A stretch of DNA of 64,000 nucleotides from the NCBI RefSeq assembly GCF_006345805.1, contig NC_043006.1, positions 79,608,001-79,672,000 on the forward strand. The letters run 5' to 3'. The notes beneath the pieces are model-generated. The model saw nothing but the letters and a program-made list of their open reading frames with translations, had not been told where the DNA came from and searched no databases. Shown here piece after piece: positions 50,037-63,540 of this stretch. This stretch comes from Octopus sinensis. Lineage: Eukaryota. The translations under genes and the position numbers were made by a program. Within the stretch, counting starts at the first letter, position 1; each line of letters opens with the position of its first letter.

Positions 50037-51333
50037 CACAGACATGCAGAAAATAAATAGACAACTTTAATTTTCAAAATCTCTGATCTAAGCATCTTAA
50101 TGTTTCCAGCGGTGTAGAATGTAGAATTTACAATGTAATTATTCTTTTCCATTCCAGGTGCTATTATATTAAGCATTTGCAAAGAGTAACCATGCCACGC
50201 ACAAAAAATGCAGCAGAACTGTCAGATTTTCAAAGTGGTTGTATTGTTGGGCAATCTGAGAACTGGTCTTAGCAAGCAAAAAATTGCCGAAAATCTTCAA
50301 ATCCCTTTTGCTACTGTTAATAGAATTATAGTGCAATTCAAAAGCCATGGAAAACGATCAACTGATTCTCACCGCAGCTGACTTGGGCCCTTGGAAAGGA
50401 AACTTTGCTGTTTGAAGAGGATTGTAGAAAAGGAACCCTGTTTGAAGGCTTCTGACATTGCAAAGCAGCTAGAAGTTTGTCCAAGAATGTGTGTTACTTA
50501 TCTGCATAATCTTGGGTATTATGGACGAGCAACTAGAAGAAAACCTCTCCTTCAACCAATTAATATTATGGAAAGAACGAAATGTGCTAAGGAGATGTCA
50601 GAAAAATCCAGTTCATTTTGGGATAGAGTGATTTTCTCAGATGAATCCAGATTTGCATTATTTTCAGAAAGTGGACAATTTGGGGTCTGGAGGCTTCCCA
50701 ATCAAGAATTTGATTTGAAATTACTCCAACCAACTCTGAAACATGGCGGTATCTCCCCATACCATTACACTGTAATGGTATGGGGAGCTGTCACCAGCAA
50801 TGGTCGTTCTGAGCTGATCGAATGTGTTGGAACCATAAACTCTGAAAAACACATCAAAATACTTAAGCAAGGGCTACTTCCAACGTATTCACATGATAAC
50901 ATAGCGAAAAATGAGTTTTTATTCATGGAAGATGGGCTCCATGGCACACAGCGAAAAGGAATCAACAATGGCTGACTGAAAATGGGATCAAAAAGCTTCC
51001 TTGGCCAAGCAAGTCTCCTGACATGAACCCAATTGAAAATCTTTGGAGCATACTATATAGAGCTATACGAAAAACTTGACAGAAACCTAAATCTAAAGAT
51101 GAATTGTTTCAATTGTTGCGTGAAAAGTGGGCAGAAATTCCACAAGAGACAATCACAAAGCTCATCAGTTCAATGCCAAAAAGAGTTTCTGAATTAAAAA
51201 CTGCAAAGGGAATGTTAACTAAATACCAAAGTATATACCCCTACCTATCAATTACATTTCAATTGTTCACTTAGCATATTAAATATAAGATTTTGAAAAT
51301 TAAAGGTGTCTGTTTACTTCCTGCATATCTGTG
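50037..51333 (+). mobile_element. Full-length Tc1 (DD34E) element, transposase pseudogene from ATG 50192 to ~51226
   Basis: ~48-bp TIRs cacagacatgcagaaaataaatagacaactttaattttcaaaatct / agattttgaaaattaaaggtgtctgtttacttcctgcatatctgtg. Motifs VIFSDESRF, VMVWG, FMEDG, WPSKSPDMNPIENLW, with frameshifts. Confidence 0.93.
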
Positions 51334-51989
51334 CATATATATATACACACACACATATATATTAGCAGAAATACCCAGCCTTACTCGGGATTAAAATGGC
51401 ATGGTCTTTTTATTGCTTTACTTGTTTCAGTCATGTGATTGCAGCCATGTTGGAGCACTGCCTTTAGTCAAACAAATCAACCACAGGATTTATTCTTTGT
51501 AAATCTAGTACTTATTCTATCAGTGTCTTTTGCCGAACTGCTAAGTTATGGGAATGTAAGCAAATACACACACATCTCTATTTTATATATTAGACGAGAT
51601 TGTGATAAGGGAGACAATCAAGATCTGAAATTCTCTTCACAAAGAGTTACCTCTCTTCTCCACATAACCTAGGAACAGGTATCTTCTGCCCCAGGGGCCC
51701 CATTACTCATTATGTGAAACATTTTAAGAGTCTAAGACCATATCTGGAACATAAGTAATAGATGTTTCCAGTTTGGAGAGAATCAGTTGAAAAATATGGC
51801 CGTTATAATCTTTTACACACACACAGACAGAACAGGATTAATATTATATGGGTGGGTGTGTGTGCATGTGTGTAACGATGACGATAATGATGATGATATG
51901 TATGTATGTATGTATATAAAATTGTTCTTCATTTTTGAAACTCCAACAAACTTATAAGATAATACACAAGCACTCAGCTATGAGTGCAT

Positions 51990-53330
51990 AGCATTTTATT
52001 GTAGAAACAGCTGCGAACTTATGCAGGTCATTATGTGCTTCTTCCAGAGGTCTACAAATCTTGCTTACTCCATTGGTTTTTGGCCTGGTTGTGCAGCCAT
52101 TTATGCACCACTTCCTGTACTTCTTCGTCTGTAGCAAACTGGCAACCTTGTGAAGGATGTTTCAGCAATCCAAAGAGGTGATAGTCAAAAGGGGTGAGAC
52201 CTGCAGGGTGTTCCAGCAACTCAAAATCCAATCTTTCAACAGTTTCAATGCTGTGGGTGTGTAATATCTATTTCTTTACTACCCACAAGGGGCTAAACAC
52301 AGAGGAGACAAACAAGGACAGACAAATGGATTAAGTCGATTACATCAACTTCAGTGCATAACTGGTACTTAATTTATCGACCCTGAAAGGATGAAAGGCA
52401 AAGTCGACCTCAGCGGAATTTGAACTCAGAACGTAACGGCACGCATTTCGCCTGGTGTGCTAACGTTTCTGCCAGCTCGCCGCCTTTAGTGTGTAATATC
52501 ATTCAACAATATCACTTGTCATGACAATAGACCTTGGTGTTTGTTGAAAATTGCTGGTTTCAGTTTGTTGGCCAGCATTTCTCACTGTAGCCTACATAGG
52601 TCACTGCAGACCCTTTTTCCTAGTAATGTTCTGGTATAGGCCCTTTTGTATCCTAGCAAATGGTTAGCATCACTTTTTCTGCAGAAGATTGAGTTTTGAA
52701 TTTCTATTTTGCTAGCAATTCTGGGTGTTTCTAATCTATACTCTTTCTTTTGGATTCTGACATAAAGTGATTAACACAAGCCTCATCTCCTGTGATTTTT
52801 CTCTCCAAAAAGGCTTCACCTTCATTGTTGTAGCAGTTGAGAAAGCAATGACAGATCTCTACCCAATTGCACTGAAGCCCTTCAGTATGCTCTCTTGACA
52901 CCCATCATGCACACACTTTATAGAGACAAAGCTTGTCTTGGATGAATTTGTATGCAGAACCATAGCTAATTTGCAGAGAACAAGCCACCTCATCAGTGGT
53001 CACTTGTTGGTTCAACAGAACAATCTCTCAAGCTTGTTGAACCTTCACATCAATGGTGGTGGTTGATGGGCACCTGTCCCCTTTTTCATGCTTCATGCTT
53101 GTCCAACCGTTTTTAAACATTTCAGTCCACACATATACACTCTTCATAGTAGAGTGTTGTCCCCTTATATTGTACTGAAAGCCTGTGATGAATTTCAGCC
53201 CTAACACACCTTCAGACCAAAGAAATTGTATAACTGATCCCTTTTCTTCCTTGGTGCACATTGCCATCAGAGTGGCCATGATCATTCTGAAAGACAAGAA
53301 AGAAAATAGGAGTGATCAAGGTCAAACCTT
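51990..53330 (-). mobile_element. Decayed mariner element interrupted by a SINE
   Basis: MCTKEEKGSVIQFLWSEG..SVYVWTEMFKNGWTS N-terminus and DYHLFG..FATDEEVQEVVHKWL C-terminal region. Confidence 0.75.
52269..52488 (-). mobile_element. tRNA-SINE with 12-bp target-site duplication
   Basis: gtgtgtaatatc at 52257-52268 and 52489-52500. Head ggcggcgagctggcagaaacgttagc and gttcaaattcc B box. Confidence 0.9.
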
Positions 53331-53602
53331 GGTTACATAAACATAAGAGTACCACCTTTTAGCATGAAAGCAGCCAACCTAAAGATCTGGTGAAAATGCA
53401 GATAGGTTTTAACTGCCTCTAGTGTGTGTGGGTGGGTGCACGCACACATATACAATGGGCTTCTTTCAGATTTATTTTCCTATCACATTTATTTACAGGG
53501 CTTAAGTCAGCAAAGGGGCTAAAGTAGAGGATGCTCGTCCGAGGTACTCAAAACCACATGGTTGGACAGTGAAATTCTAAACCACTAAGTCATGCCTTCA
53601 CC

Positions 53603-53728
53603 TATGTATGTATGTATGTATGTATGTATGTATGTATGTATGTATGTATGTATGTATGTATGTATGTATGTATGTATGTATGTATGTATGTGTGTGTGTG
53701 TGTGTCTGTGTGTGTGTGTGTGTATGTA

Positions 53729-53761
<33 letters not shown>

Positions 53762-53806
53762 ATGTATGTATGTATGTATGTATGTATGTATCTATGTATG
53801 TATGTA
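53603..53806. repeat. (TATG)n-(TG)n-(TATG)n compound microsatellite
   Basis: Direct inspection. Source of the MYVC/HTYI ORFs. Confidence 0.97.
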
Positions 53807-56095
53807 TAGACCAGAGTGCTACTTAGGTAATACCAGAAAATATGAAGATGACAAGCTGGCAGAATCATTAGCATGCCAAGCAAAATACTTAGCAGCATTT
53901 CATCTCTCTTTATATTCTGAGTTCAAATTTTGCTGGGGTCAGCTTTGCCTTTCACCCTTTTAGGATTGATAAAATAATTACCAGTTGAACAATTGGAGTA
54001 ATTTAATTGAATTAGCCTCTACTCCAAACCTGTTGGCCTTGTGCTAAAATTTGAAACCAATACCAGGAAATACAAAATGCATACAATAGTTATAATTTTA
54101 ATTCCATTTAATTTGTTGTTGCATACACAAATTTTCAAAACAAAAATTTTATTACTTTAAAATAATATTAGAACAATATGGAAAAAGTTAAAAAATTGAA
54201 AACAAAATTACCCAGAATGGTACCACCCCATTGGCTAGGCAGACAGGCCAACATTCCCTTCAAATGGAACACTAGTCCATTCCAGGGTTACTCATTTGTA
54301 GCCGAGTGAACTGGAGCAACATGAAATGTGTTTTGCTCAAGAACTCAGAACTGGAAATTGAAACCACAATCTTGTGATTGTGAGTCTAACATCCTAACCC
54401 CTAAGTCACATGCCCTCACTCTCTCGTATATGTGAATGTGTTTATATATGTATATACATGTGTAAATATATATATATATAAATCTTTAGTTAAATATATT
54501 CAATGAGAATATTATATACTGAATCTATATTGAAGTGCTCTATTGTATCAAAATATTAATACTATTAAATTATTAATAAAAGAGAAAAAGAGTTATTTAT
54601 AAATGCTTATCAATATAGGATTCCATTATTCTATATTATCTAAGTATATGAACTATATTTGGAATACAAGACAATATAATGGATTTTACATATGAATATT
54701 ATGGACTATTACAGAAGACTAACCAAGAAAATATATATGGATTTAAAGACTCTCATGCTAAAGTGTACTTACCAAAATCAAAAGCAGTAATTTTTAATTT
54801 TTAATTTATATTTCAAACAAACACCATTTTATAGTATTACTTCAAATTTTTTAAAAAACTACCATTCGATATGTTATACAAAATTCAAATTTTATAACTC
54901 TGAAGAGCAGAAGAGTTGTCTATAAATGTTTATCAATATAGGATTTCATTATGTGAAATGATCGTAAGATGCTTTAAAAACTTAATTCAAAACTTTTAAA
55001 CTGTCATATACATTATATATTTATACTTATACATATATTTTTATACATATTTATATTTTTAATATAACAATTATTTTACACACGTATATATCTCTCTGAA
55101 GAATTTTCTAATATTGATTTCCTGATATTAATAATAATCTAATCTATAAAATGAAGAAGGTGAACGCTGATACAAACTGGATTTTTATGTAAAAAGGGGT
55201 CTAAATGGGGCTGGAAGGGGATTAAAATTTTCAGGAGGTGGGTAACTTGAGGTGAGAAATTGATTGGGGAGATGTTTTGGGGCGCTACAGTGGTTGCTTT
55301 AGTGTGAAAACAGGGATTTTATTGATTTTTGGTGACACTTGGGGGTCTAGATTGGACACCTTTTGCCCGATTTCAATCAAATTTTCAACATGGTAAAGTG
55401 GAAGCGGATTTGTAATTTAAGCGCGGAAAATAGGTTCAAAATTTTGAAAATTAAGGCAAGATTTTTGAAATTGAAAAAAATTTCTCCTTTTTGTGTATTT
55501 TTGCCATTTATTTTTTATTGTTTATAGTTTTCATTTTTTCTGAAAGAAATTTACAGCTGCATGTAGCCTGTGTTTAGAGCTTTCATTTGAATGGTCAATA
55601 GTCAAAAAATTCCCCAAATAAGTACTAAATTTCACAAGGAAATCCTTTTTTTCCTTATTTTATATCATTCAAATAGTGGCACATACAAAAGGCAAGTGTA
55701 CTTTCCTTTGTCACTGCCTGATATTTATGATTGATCTTTCAAAATATTTTCATTTTCAACTTACTCAAGATCATTTGTTTTTTATAAATGGGAGAGAGAT
55801 AGATAGAGAAAGATAGAAAGTAAGAGAAAGCAGGGGAGAGTCTGAGAGAAAGGAAGATTAAGAGAGTCAGAAAGTGAGAGAGAAAGGAGAGAGAAACAAA
55901 GAGGGAGAATGTGGTGATAAGAAACAGAAAGGAAACAACAGAAAGTAACAACCACACCCTCACCCGCACATAGAGCAGGTTACCTTAAGCAAGTATATTA
56001 TAATATATATATATATATATTTATATATGCGTGAGTTATCTAAGAGGCCATAAATCAGGGAAAAGATACATTCATATATCTGTCAGTAGAGTGGG

Positions 56096-56914
56096 TATTA
56101 TATTATCCGAAATGTATAGTATTAAATATCCATCACGGCTGGTCTTACCAATCAGTTTTGCCTAGAGAATACAATGAAGCGTTCAGTAACAAACTGGTTA
56201 TATAATCTTATGCTCATCAGAGTTAGCCAATATGGAAGGGAATATGGTGACTGCTCGCTATTGTTGGAGGTGGATTAGCACAACTGGTCAGCAGCTGCTG
56301 TGAAAAAGGTGGTGGAACAAAAAAGGGGCCAGGGGATTAGTTTAGGAGTTATGTCACTTGGTTGGGTATGCTGTGAAGTCGGCAAGAGTTATCTTGAAGT
56401 GTTTCTCCCGTGGGGATGTGTTGTCTTGTATGTCTAGTCGTGTCATATTATGTATAATTTTTCTAGGGGGGTGTAGGTATATTTAGCTGTGTTCATTAGT
56501 CTGTTTTCTAGACCAATGAACACAGTTATATATACCTACACACTTGGAAAATATTATACATATGACACCGCTACGCATACCACACACCCAATCCCCACAG
56601 GAGCAACACAATAATACACACTTTCCCCACTTCAAGATAACTTGTGCCAGCTTCACAGCATACCCAACCAAGTGACATAACTCCTAAACTAATCCCCTGG
56701 CCCCTTTTTGTTCCACCACCTTTTTCACAGCAGCCACTGACCAGTTGTGCTAATCTGCCTCCAACAATATTCCCTTCCATATTGGCTAACTCTGATGAGC
56801 GTAAAGTTATATAATCGATTTGTCACCTAACTCACCATTGTATTCTCTATGCAAAACAAATTGGTAAGACCAGCTGTGATGGATATTTATTACTATACAT
56901 TATGGATAATAATA
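56096..56914. repeat. ~820-bp foldback palindrome
   Basis: Arms pair from tattatattatccgaaatgtatagt to tactatacattatggataataata. Centre ctgtgttcattagtct-gttttct-agaccaatgaacacag. Confidence 0.9.
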
Positions 56915-57201
56915 TATATATATGTGTATATATCAGGGCCATGCCACTTAGGTGGGCAAGTTAAGCAGTGCCAACCTTGAATAAAATAGATTGATAGTTA
57001 GTGAAGAAATATATATATATATATATGATGTAATAATTACTCAGTTAGGGGTACTAAGCTAGCTACTCATCTTAATTATATGAAAGCTACATTGTTGTTA
57101 GGAAATCCCAAATTAACTCACCAAATGTATAATTTGGATTTTTATTCTCAATTTATATTTTTATTCACATTCATAGCAACTCAAGTTGCTAACCATGAAC
57201 T

Positions 57202-57588
57202 GGGATGGAAGCACTCCGTCGGTTACGACGACAAGGGTTCCGGTTGATCCGATCAACGGAACAGCCTGCTCGTGAAATTAACGTGTAAGTGGCTGAGCAC
57301 TCCACAGACACATGTACCCTTAACGTAGTTCTCGGGGATATTCAGCATGACACAGAGAGTGACAAGGTTGGCCCTTTGAAATACAGTTACAACAGAAACA
57401 GGAAGTAAGAGTGAGAGAAAGTTGTGGTGAAAGAGTACAGCAGGGATCACCACCATCCCCTGCCGGAGCCTCGTGGAGCTTTAGGTGTTTTCGCTCAATA
57501 AACACTCACAACGCCCGGTCTGGGAATCGAAACCGTGATCCTACGACCGCGAGTCCACTACCCTAGCCACTGGGCCGTTGTGCCTCCA
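57202..57588 (-). mobile_element. Full-length CpG-rich tRNA-SINE with 13-bp TSD
   Basis: ctaaccatgaact at 57189-57201 and 57589-57601. Minus head cggcccagtggctagggtagtggactcgcggtcgtagg..gtttcgattcc. Confidence 0.9.
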
Positions 57589-57716
57589 CTAACCATGAAC
57601 TACAGCTTCGATGAGGGAAAAGCCTTCAAATTCCAATGCCAATAAATTATCATTGATTATGAACGTTGCTTTTTACACCTATTACAAAATTCCTAGACTT
57701 AGATCCTTGGCTCTTC

Positions 57717-57757
<41 letters not shown>

Positions 57758-58076
57758 GTTATATTCTGTTAAGAAGATAGTTGAGTACAGTTTAAAATTT
57801 GTCCACCTTCAGATATGTGTTGGGGCTTCTGTAGCATGTGAATGGATAATTGAATAAGTTGTAGTCAATAAGAGGAGTACAGAGGAACATTTATTTGCAA
57901 TCATTACAATTGTTTCCATGCAATGTACTTCTTCATGTTCGCAGGTATTTGTTTATGCAACTGTTTCCCTGCATTGTGAGATCATGTTTTGTTTCATCAG
58001 GTGTTTCTGTGTTCCATAAACTCAAATTTTCTGCTTCAATCACATCTATCTATCTATCTATCTACGTATATATATG

Positions 58077-58123
<47 letters not shown>

Positions 58124-61100
58124 GATGATGATGACACACACACATTCATACACATATGGTATATTTACTTGTATATCACAATTTAGAGTAGATACACTGC
58201 ATCTCTGCATTTTAATTAAATTGGTTGGTTGGTTGGTGACTTGTTGCCCAATGCACAAGTCATTTGTTTACCCCCTCCCCCCCATCTTCCACTAAGATGA
58301 TTCCACCAGTGCTTTTTTCTTGGTTAAATGCTGAAGTGCATCTCATCCAGGTTAAATTTCTTTCAAATCCCTTGATGCACCTTCTACTATAGCCCTAGGC
58401 TAACCAAAACTGGAAAATTATAGGACAAGAAGAAATGAAACTTAAAATATTACTGCTGAAATTAGAATTTAAAAACTAAAATAGTAATAAATACCTTTTT
58501 ATATTTTTTATTTTTGCATAAAAATTTAAATTAAAATGCTCAAGAAGCTACTTATTTTTAGTTTTAGTGAAATGACTAATTGCCTGCAAGTTTACACACT
58601 AAAAATTTGATTTACCAATTTATCTATTTAAAAAATCACATAATAGCAATTTAAGAAAACTTGACAATTACAACACTTAATTTTTTTTTTTTTTTCAAGT
58701 TAGTGTTATTTCTGCATTCGGCACTCAATTTTTTGTTAGCTTTCATTTTTTTAAAAATATTCTTTTAAGTGTAAAAAGAAAATACTTTGCTATCTGATAA
58801 TGCAAACTTTAAAGACATTCTTTTATTTCTTTAAAAATATTTTTTTTTACTATTTTATACTCATGAATTACTTATATGCTACATGTGTTAAATTTTACAA
58901 CACAATATCTGTGATTTAAAATTTTTGGATAATGAGTTTTGCTAAGAAAATAAAATTTACAAAAATATAATACTAAAAATAAGGCAGAAATATTTTAGCT
59001 TAATACAAAGAAATTTTTAAATAAAAATATCAAATTAAATTAATTTGCAATAGAAAGAAAAATTAAAAAAAACAAGAAAGTGCACACACATATTTGATAA
59101 ATAATTTCAGAAAAGTATTTAGCAAATTCTAACTTCGGCAGCCATAATTTTCTTTCTTTTTGTTCTGTACTTTTCTAGTAAGTTCGTGATAAATTTCAGA
59201 AGTAAGCATTGTTGTGTTCAAAGGATTAATTGTTCTAAATTCAACCCTTAAGGGGATAGGAGATCATACCTTTGCATATGGATAAAGGACAGTCAAATAA
59301 CAACTGGCATACAATTAATACAAAATTGAATTAAAGGTACTGAGTGTGGCAAAGGGAAGGTTGAGATGAAACGTTTTCAAAGACAGTTGCATTTAAAACT
59401 ATATACTATGATGTCTGTAGTAGTACATGATGTGACAGGCCAAAGGAGTATTAGTTAATTAGTAGAAACGATTGTTGTGTCCGACTAAATGTTCTAAAGT
59501 ATTTAGCTCTGTCCTTCTATGTTCTTATTTTTATTTATTTTATTGTTTAATCTGAGCCAGAAGGGTAGTGCCCAGAACCCTTTCTTAGGATGTTAAAACC
59601 TTTGAAACCCATAGGAAGAAGTCTCAAGACCTTGCTTGAATGCATGCAACAGAATGTACTCAGCTTAAGGCACCCAAGGAACAGGAAGTAGTGTTAAATT
59701 AGGCGATAGACTAAATTTAATGCTCAAATATCAGTGAGACTAATTTGACCATTGATAATCATAAAACTCTAAGTTTTATGATTATTAGGGTGATGAATGC
59801 AGCTAACTGACAGAATTCCTACCAGGTCTTTATATTCTGAAGTCAACTTTGCCCTTCATCCTTTTGGGGTTGATGAAATAAATATGTACCAGTTGAGCAT
59901 CCCACAAAAAAAATTTCAGGCTTTCTGTCTATAGTAGAAAGGGTGGTGGATTGATAGAATTGTTAGTGATTCAGACAAAATGTTTTGAAGTTTTTATTCT
60001 AGCTCTTTACATTCCGAGCTAAAATCTTGAGGTCAACTTTCTTGGGTTGATAAAGTACTCAGGATATAAAGTCAACTTAATCAACTATCCCATTCTTCCA
60101 AATTGCTTTCTATTAATCATCAATTCCTTCCCAAACATTTTGCTCAATGTGCTCAATGTGCTAAAGCTTCTGCCAGCTTGCTGCCTTATAGCACAGTATA
60201 TTGCCAAAGTTCTCAGTCACCTGTCACTGCCTCCATGAGGCCTAACACTCAAACAGTGCTTTTTACATGCCACTGACAGGGGTGCTAGATAGATAGATGG
60301 CACTGGCATCAGCCATGACCATGATTTCACTCAGCTCAACAAGTTTTCATAAGCGCAGCATATTGCTCAATGTTTGAAGGGTGCTTTTAATAAAGTAGTT
60401 ACGCAACACTGGCATGATTATGGATCATGAAATGAATTTTACGAATAAGTCTTAAAGCAAGCCTTATTAGTAAAATTCCCTTCCTGATCCATAACCATGA
60501 AAAATGATTGACGTTCAAGGATTCAATTCTATCATCAATTTTTAGGTTAGCAGTGATAGTTTTTTATCTTTTTTCATATTGATGTTATGGAGTATGTTCT
60601 AATTCGTCATTTTGCAATTGTTCATAATAGCATTTATGACAAATGATTAGAGATGGGGATTGAGCTGGATATAGTGAATATCAGTTTGAGGAGGGAAAGT
60701 GAAGTAAAGGAAATAGGAGTGGGTCAACAAGGAGGAGGAGAAGACAGAGGACAGTGTATGAAGTGTAAGGGGGTAAGTGGTATCATTTACAGTACCTGAG
60801 TGAGTGGTACCATGGAAGATTGGCTATGTATATATATCATCATCATCATCATTATCGTTTAATGTCCGTTTTCTGTGCTAGCACGGGTTGGCCGGTTCGA
60901 CCTTCGACCGGGGTCTGGGAAGCCAGGGGGCTACACCAGGCTCCATGACGAGGCTGGCCCTTTGAAATACAGGTACATCTCGTTTTTGCCATCTGAGTTG
61001 ACAGGAGCAATGTGAAATATAGTGTCTTACTCAAGGACACAACGTGTCGCCAGGAATCGAACTCACAACCTTACAATCATAAGCCGAATGCCCTAACCAC

Positions 61101-63540
61101 TAAGCCACGTGCCTTCACTGAAAAAGATGTATGCAGCAAATGTCCAAAGGTTCTCAATGGAGGGCATTTGGAGGAGCAAAGAGGCGTTAGAAGACACTCA
61201 ACTTTAGTAAGTTTAATTTGAAATAAATGAATAGTAGCCATATTTTCACATCTATGTGACAGTCAGTTTTAAAAAAGCCATGCCTTTTTGTTTTAAATTT
61301 TCAAAAACATAAAAACACTTTTTCCACTTTGGCAACACCAAGCAAATTCCTGGTGCTATGTGTAACTGGTGTCACTAAAGTGAAAGCCCCAAAACAATAA
61401 CAAAAGCAAAAACTAAAAACAGATGAATAGTGATAGACAACTAAAAGAAGAAAAAACAATGAATAAAAGCAAAAAGCTTAATGTGTGTTTTTGTGTTGTA
61501 AAGAATGGTAGTCAGAGTTTTGGGAGTGGCTGGGATAAGTTTGTATGTATATGATTGTATGTGTTGCTGTTTTGAATGCCTTTCTGTGATTGAACTTAAA
61601 TTGACCCCTGGCTATCAAAACCTCACACATACATTTGTTTTGGGGTTTTGTTGCATGCATTCAAGCAAGGTCTTGAGACTTCCTCCTTGGGTTTTGCAGC
61701 CATATACCAGATAATGTGGCAAGACTTATGCTCCAAAATTAAAATTTTGAATCTGTTGTAATTATAAAATTACACCTCAGCTAAAAACACATCTTTTGTC
61801 TTTAGAAGACAGAACCTTTTCTTTCTCTTTCTATATTTTTTGTTAAGTTAAAATTTCTCTGTTTTGGTCAGGATTTTCCAATTTCTTGGATGGAAGCATG
61901 TAAAAAAAATTTAATTTATAGAGCCAAACAAAATCAAAAATATTAATTTTAATCATAATGATGGAGAGGAGTTAACATTTTTTCCCCTTTCCTTTATACT
62001 AACAAGAGCATAATATTAGGGGGATTGCGTGTTATTTCTAGCAAATTGAACTTCTACACAGAGAGTACCTCATTGGCTCATTTGTTGATGTGTATAAGTA
62101 AACAAAAACTAAAGGAAAAACAGACACTAGCAAACACACACACCTATATATATGAGTGTATGTATACATATTCTATAGCTTGGCCCAGTCTTCAGTTTTT
62201 GTCAGTGTCCAAATATATTATATGCATGTATGTATACATAATTTATGTGGGATCTAGACTGTTTCACTCACAAAATCTGCAATTTTGAAAGGAAGTAAAC
62301 ATTTTGAAAATTGATCTTTAATGTGTTATGTAGTATTCAAGTTGCATGCTAAAGTATAAATTTCACAGGGTGCAACCTTAAAGTCGACACCGCTAAGTTG
62401 ATGCTGCTACAACACAGAAAATTTCTATCTCAATATTGGCCAAAAACAGGCAGTTTTTTCGATTTTTAAACGTCTGTAATTTTTTCATCAAATTTTTTCT
62501 CCAGAAGTTCATGGCCTCACAAGAATAAGCATGGAAAACTACATCAATATAACCAATTTTCAGATTTTGTACTTTCTTTTAAAAAATGCAGATTTTGTGA
62601 ATGAAACAAACTAGATCCAAATAAATAGTATACTGAAAAATAAAAATATTTTGCAGTGGGAGGCAGGGCATTTGTGACTCCAAAGGTCAAAAGAGAGCCT
62701 TGGTCAAAATGGGTTGAGAATGTTTGTAACAGACTGACACTCAGGGAAAGTTTAAAATGTAAAAAAGAGAAAATGTAACGTTTCAAGCATGGCTTTTCAT
62801 CAGAAAGAGGAAAGATTCAGAGTAAAGGAAAAGAATAGTCCAAGAAAAGCACATGTCATTATGAATATTTTGTTTGAATATTTTGTTTAGATATACTGAT
62901 ACTAGATCCTGGTGTAATACAATATATTTCAGAGAAAAGTTTTAGTTGAGTACAGAGCAGTAATATGAAATTATATAAATGACAAAGGAAGAAGAAATTA
63001 TACAATGAACTTCGTTAGCTCACAGCCGTTTCTGCAAAAGATGCAATTAACTCATAGTTGAGTGCTTGTGCATTACATCTTTTAGAAGAAACAGCTGTAA
63101 GCTAATAAAGTTTATTACACAATTTCTTGTTCTCTTGTCATTTACATAGCATCATCATCATCATCATTTAGCGTCCAGTCTCCATGCTGGCATGGGTTGG
63201 ACATGAAGCTAGTTAGCAGGGAGCTGTCCGAACTTCAACAGTCTGTTGTGGCATGGTTTCTACAGCTGGATGCCCTTCCTAATGCCAACCACTAACAGAG
63301 TGTGCTGGGTACTTTTTACATATCACCGTCATGGGAGAGTTAAGGCGGCACTGCCACGAAGCTTTTTAAGTGGCACTGGCACCTGAAAGGACAAGCTTGT
63401 ATGTGTGCAAGACTGCGATTTTACTTAGCTTGACGCGCCTTATCAAGTACAGCCTATTACCACATTTCCTTGTCCCTTATCATTTCTTGAATGAGGCCTC
63501 TCATCATTTTGTTCCACATCTTCTTGGGTTTACCCCTTTA

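Noticed and set aside
53592-53963. MYVC/HTYI-rich ORFs (also 30975-31262, 44745-44930, 58074-58295)
   Set aside because: Translations of microsatellites.
56765-56830. ctgatgag in the foldback arm as a second hammerhead
   Set aside because: No GAAA core and no stem I partner in either arm.
59130-59150. cggcagccataatttt (YY1-like; minus ATGGCTGCCGAA) as the start of another gene
   Set aside because: The ORF stops after 8 codons with no donor, and there is no CpG-rich context.
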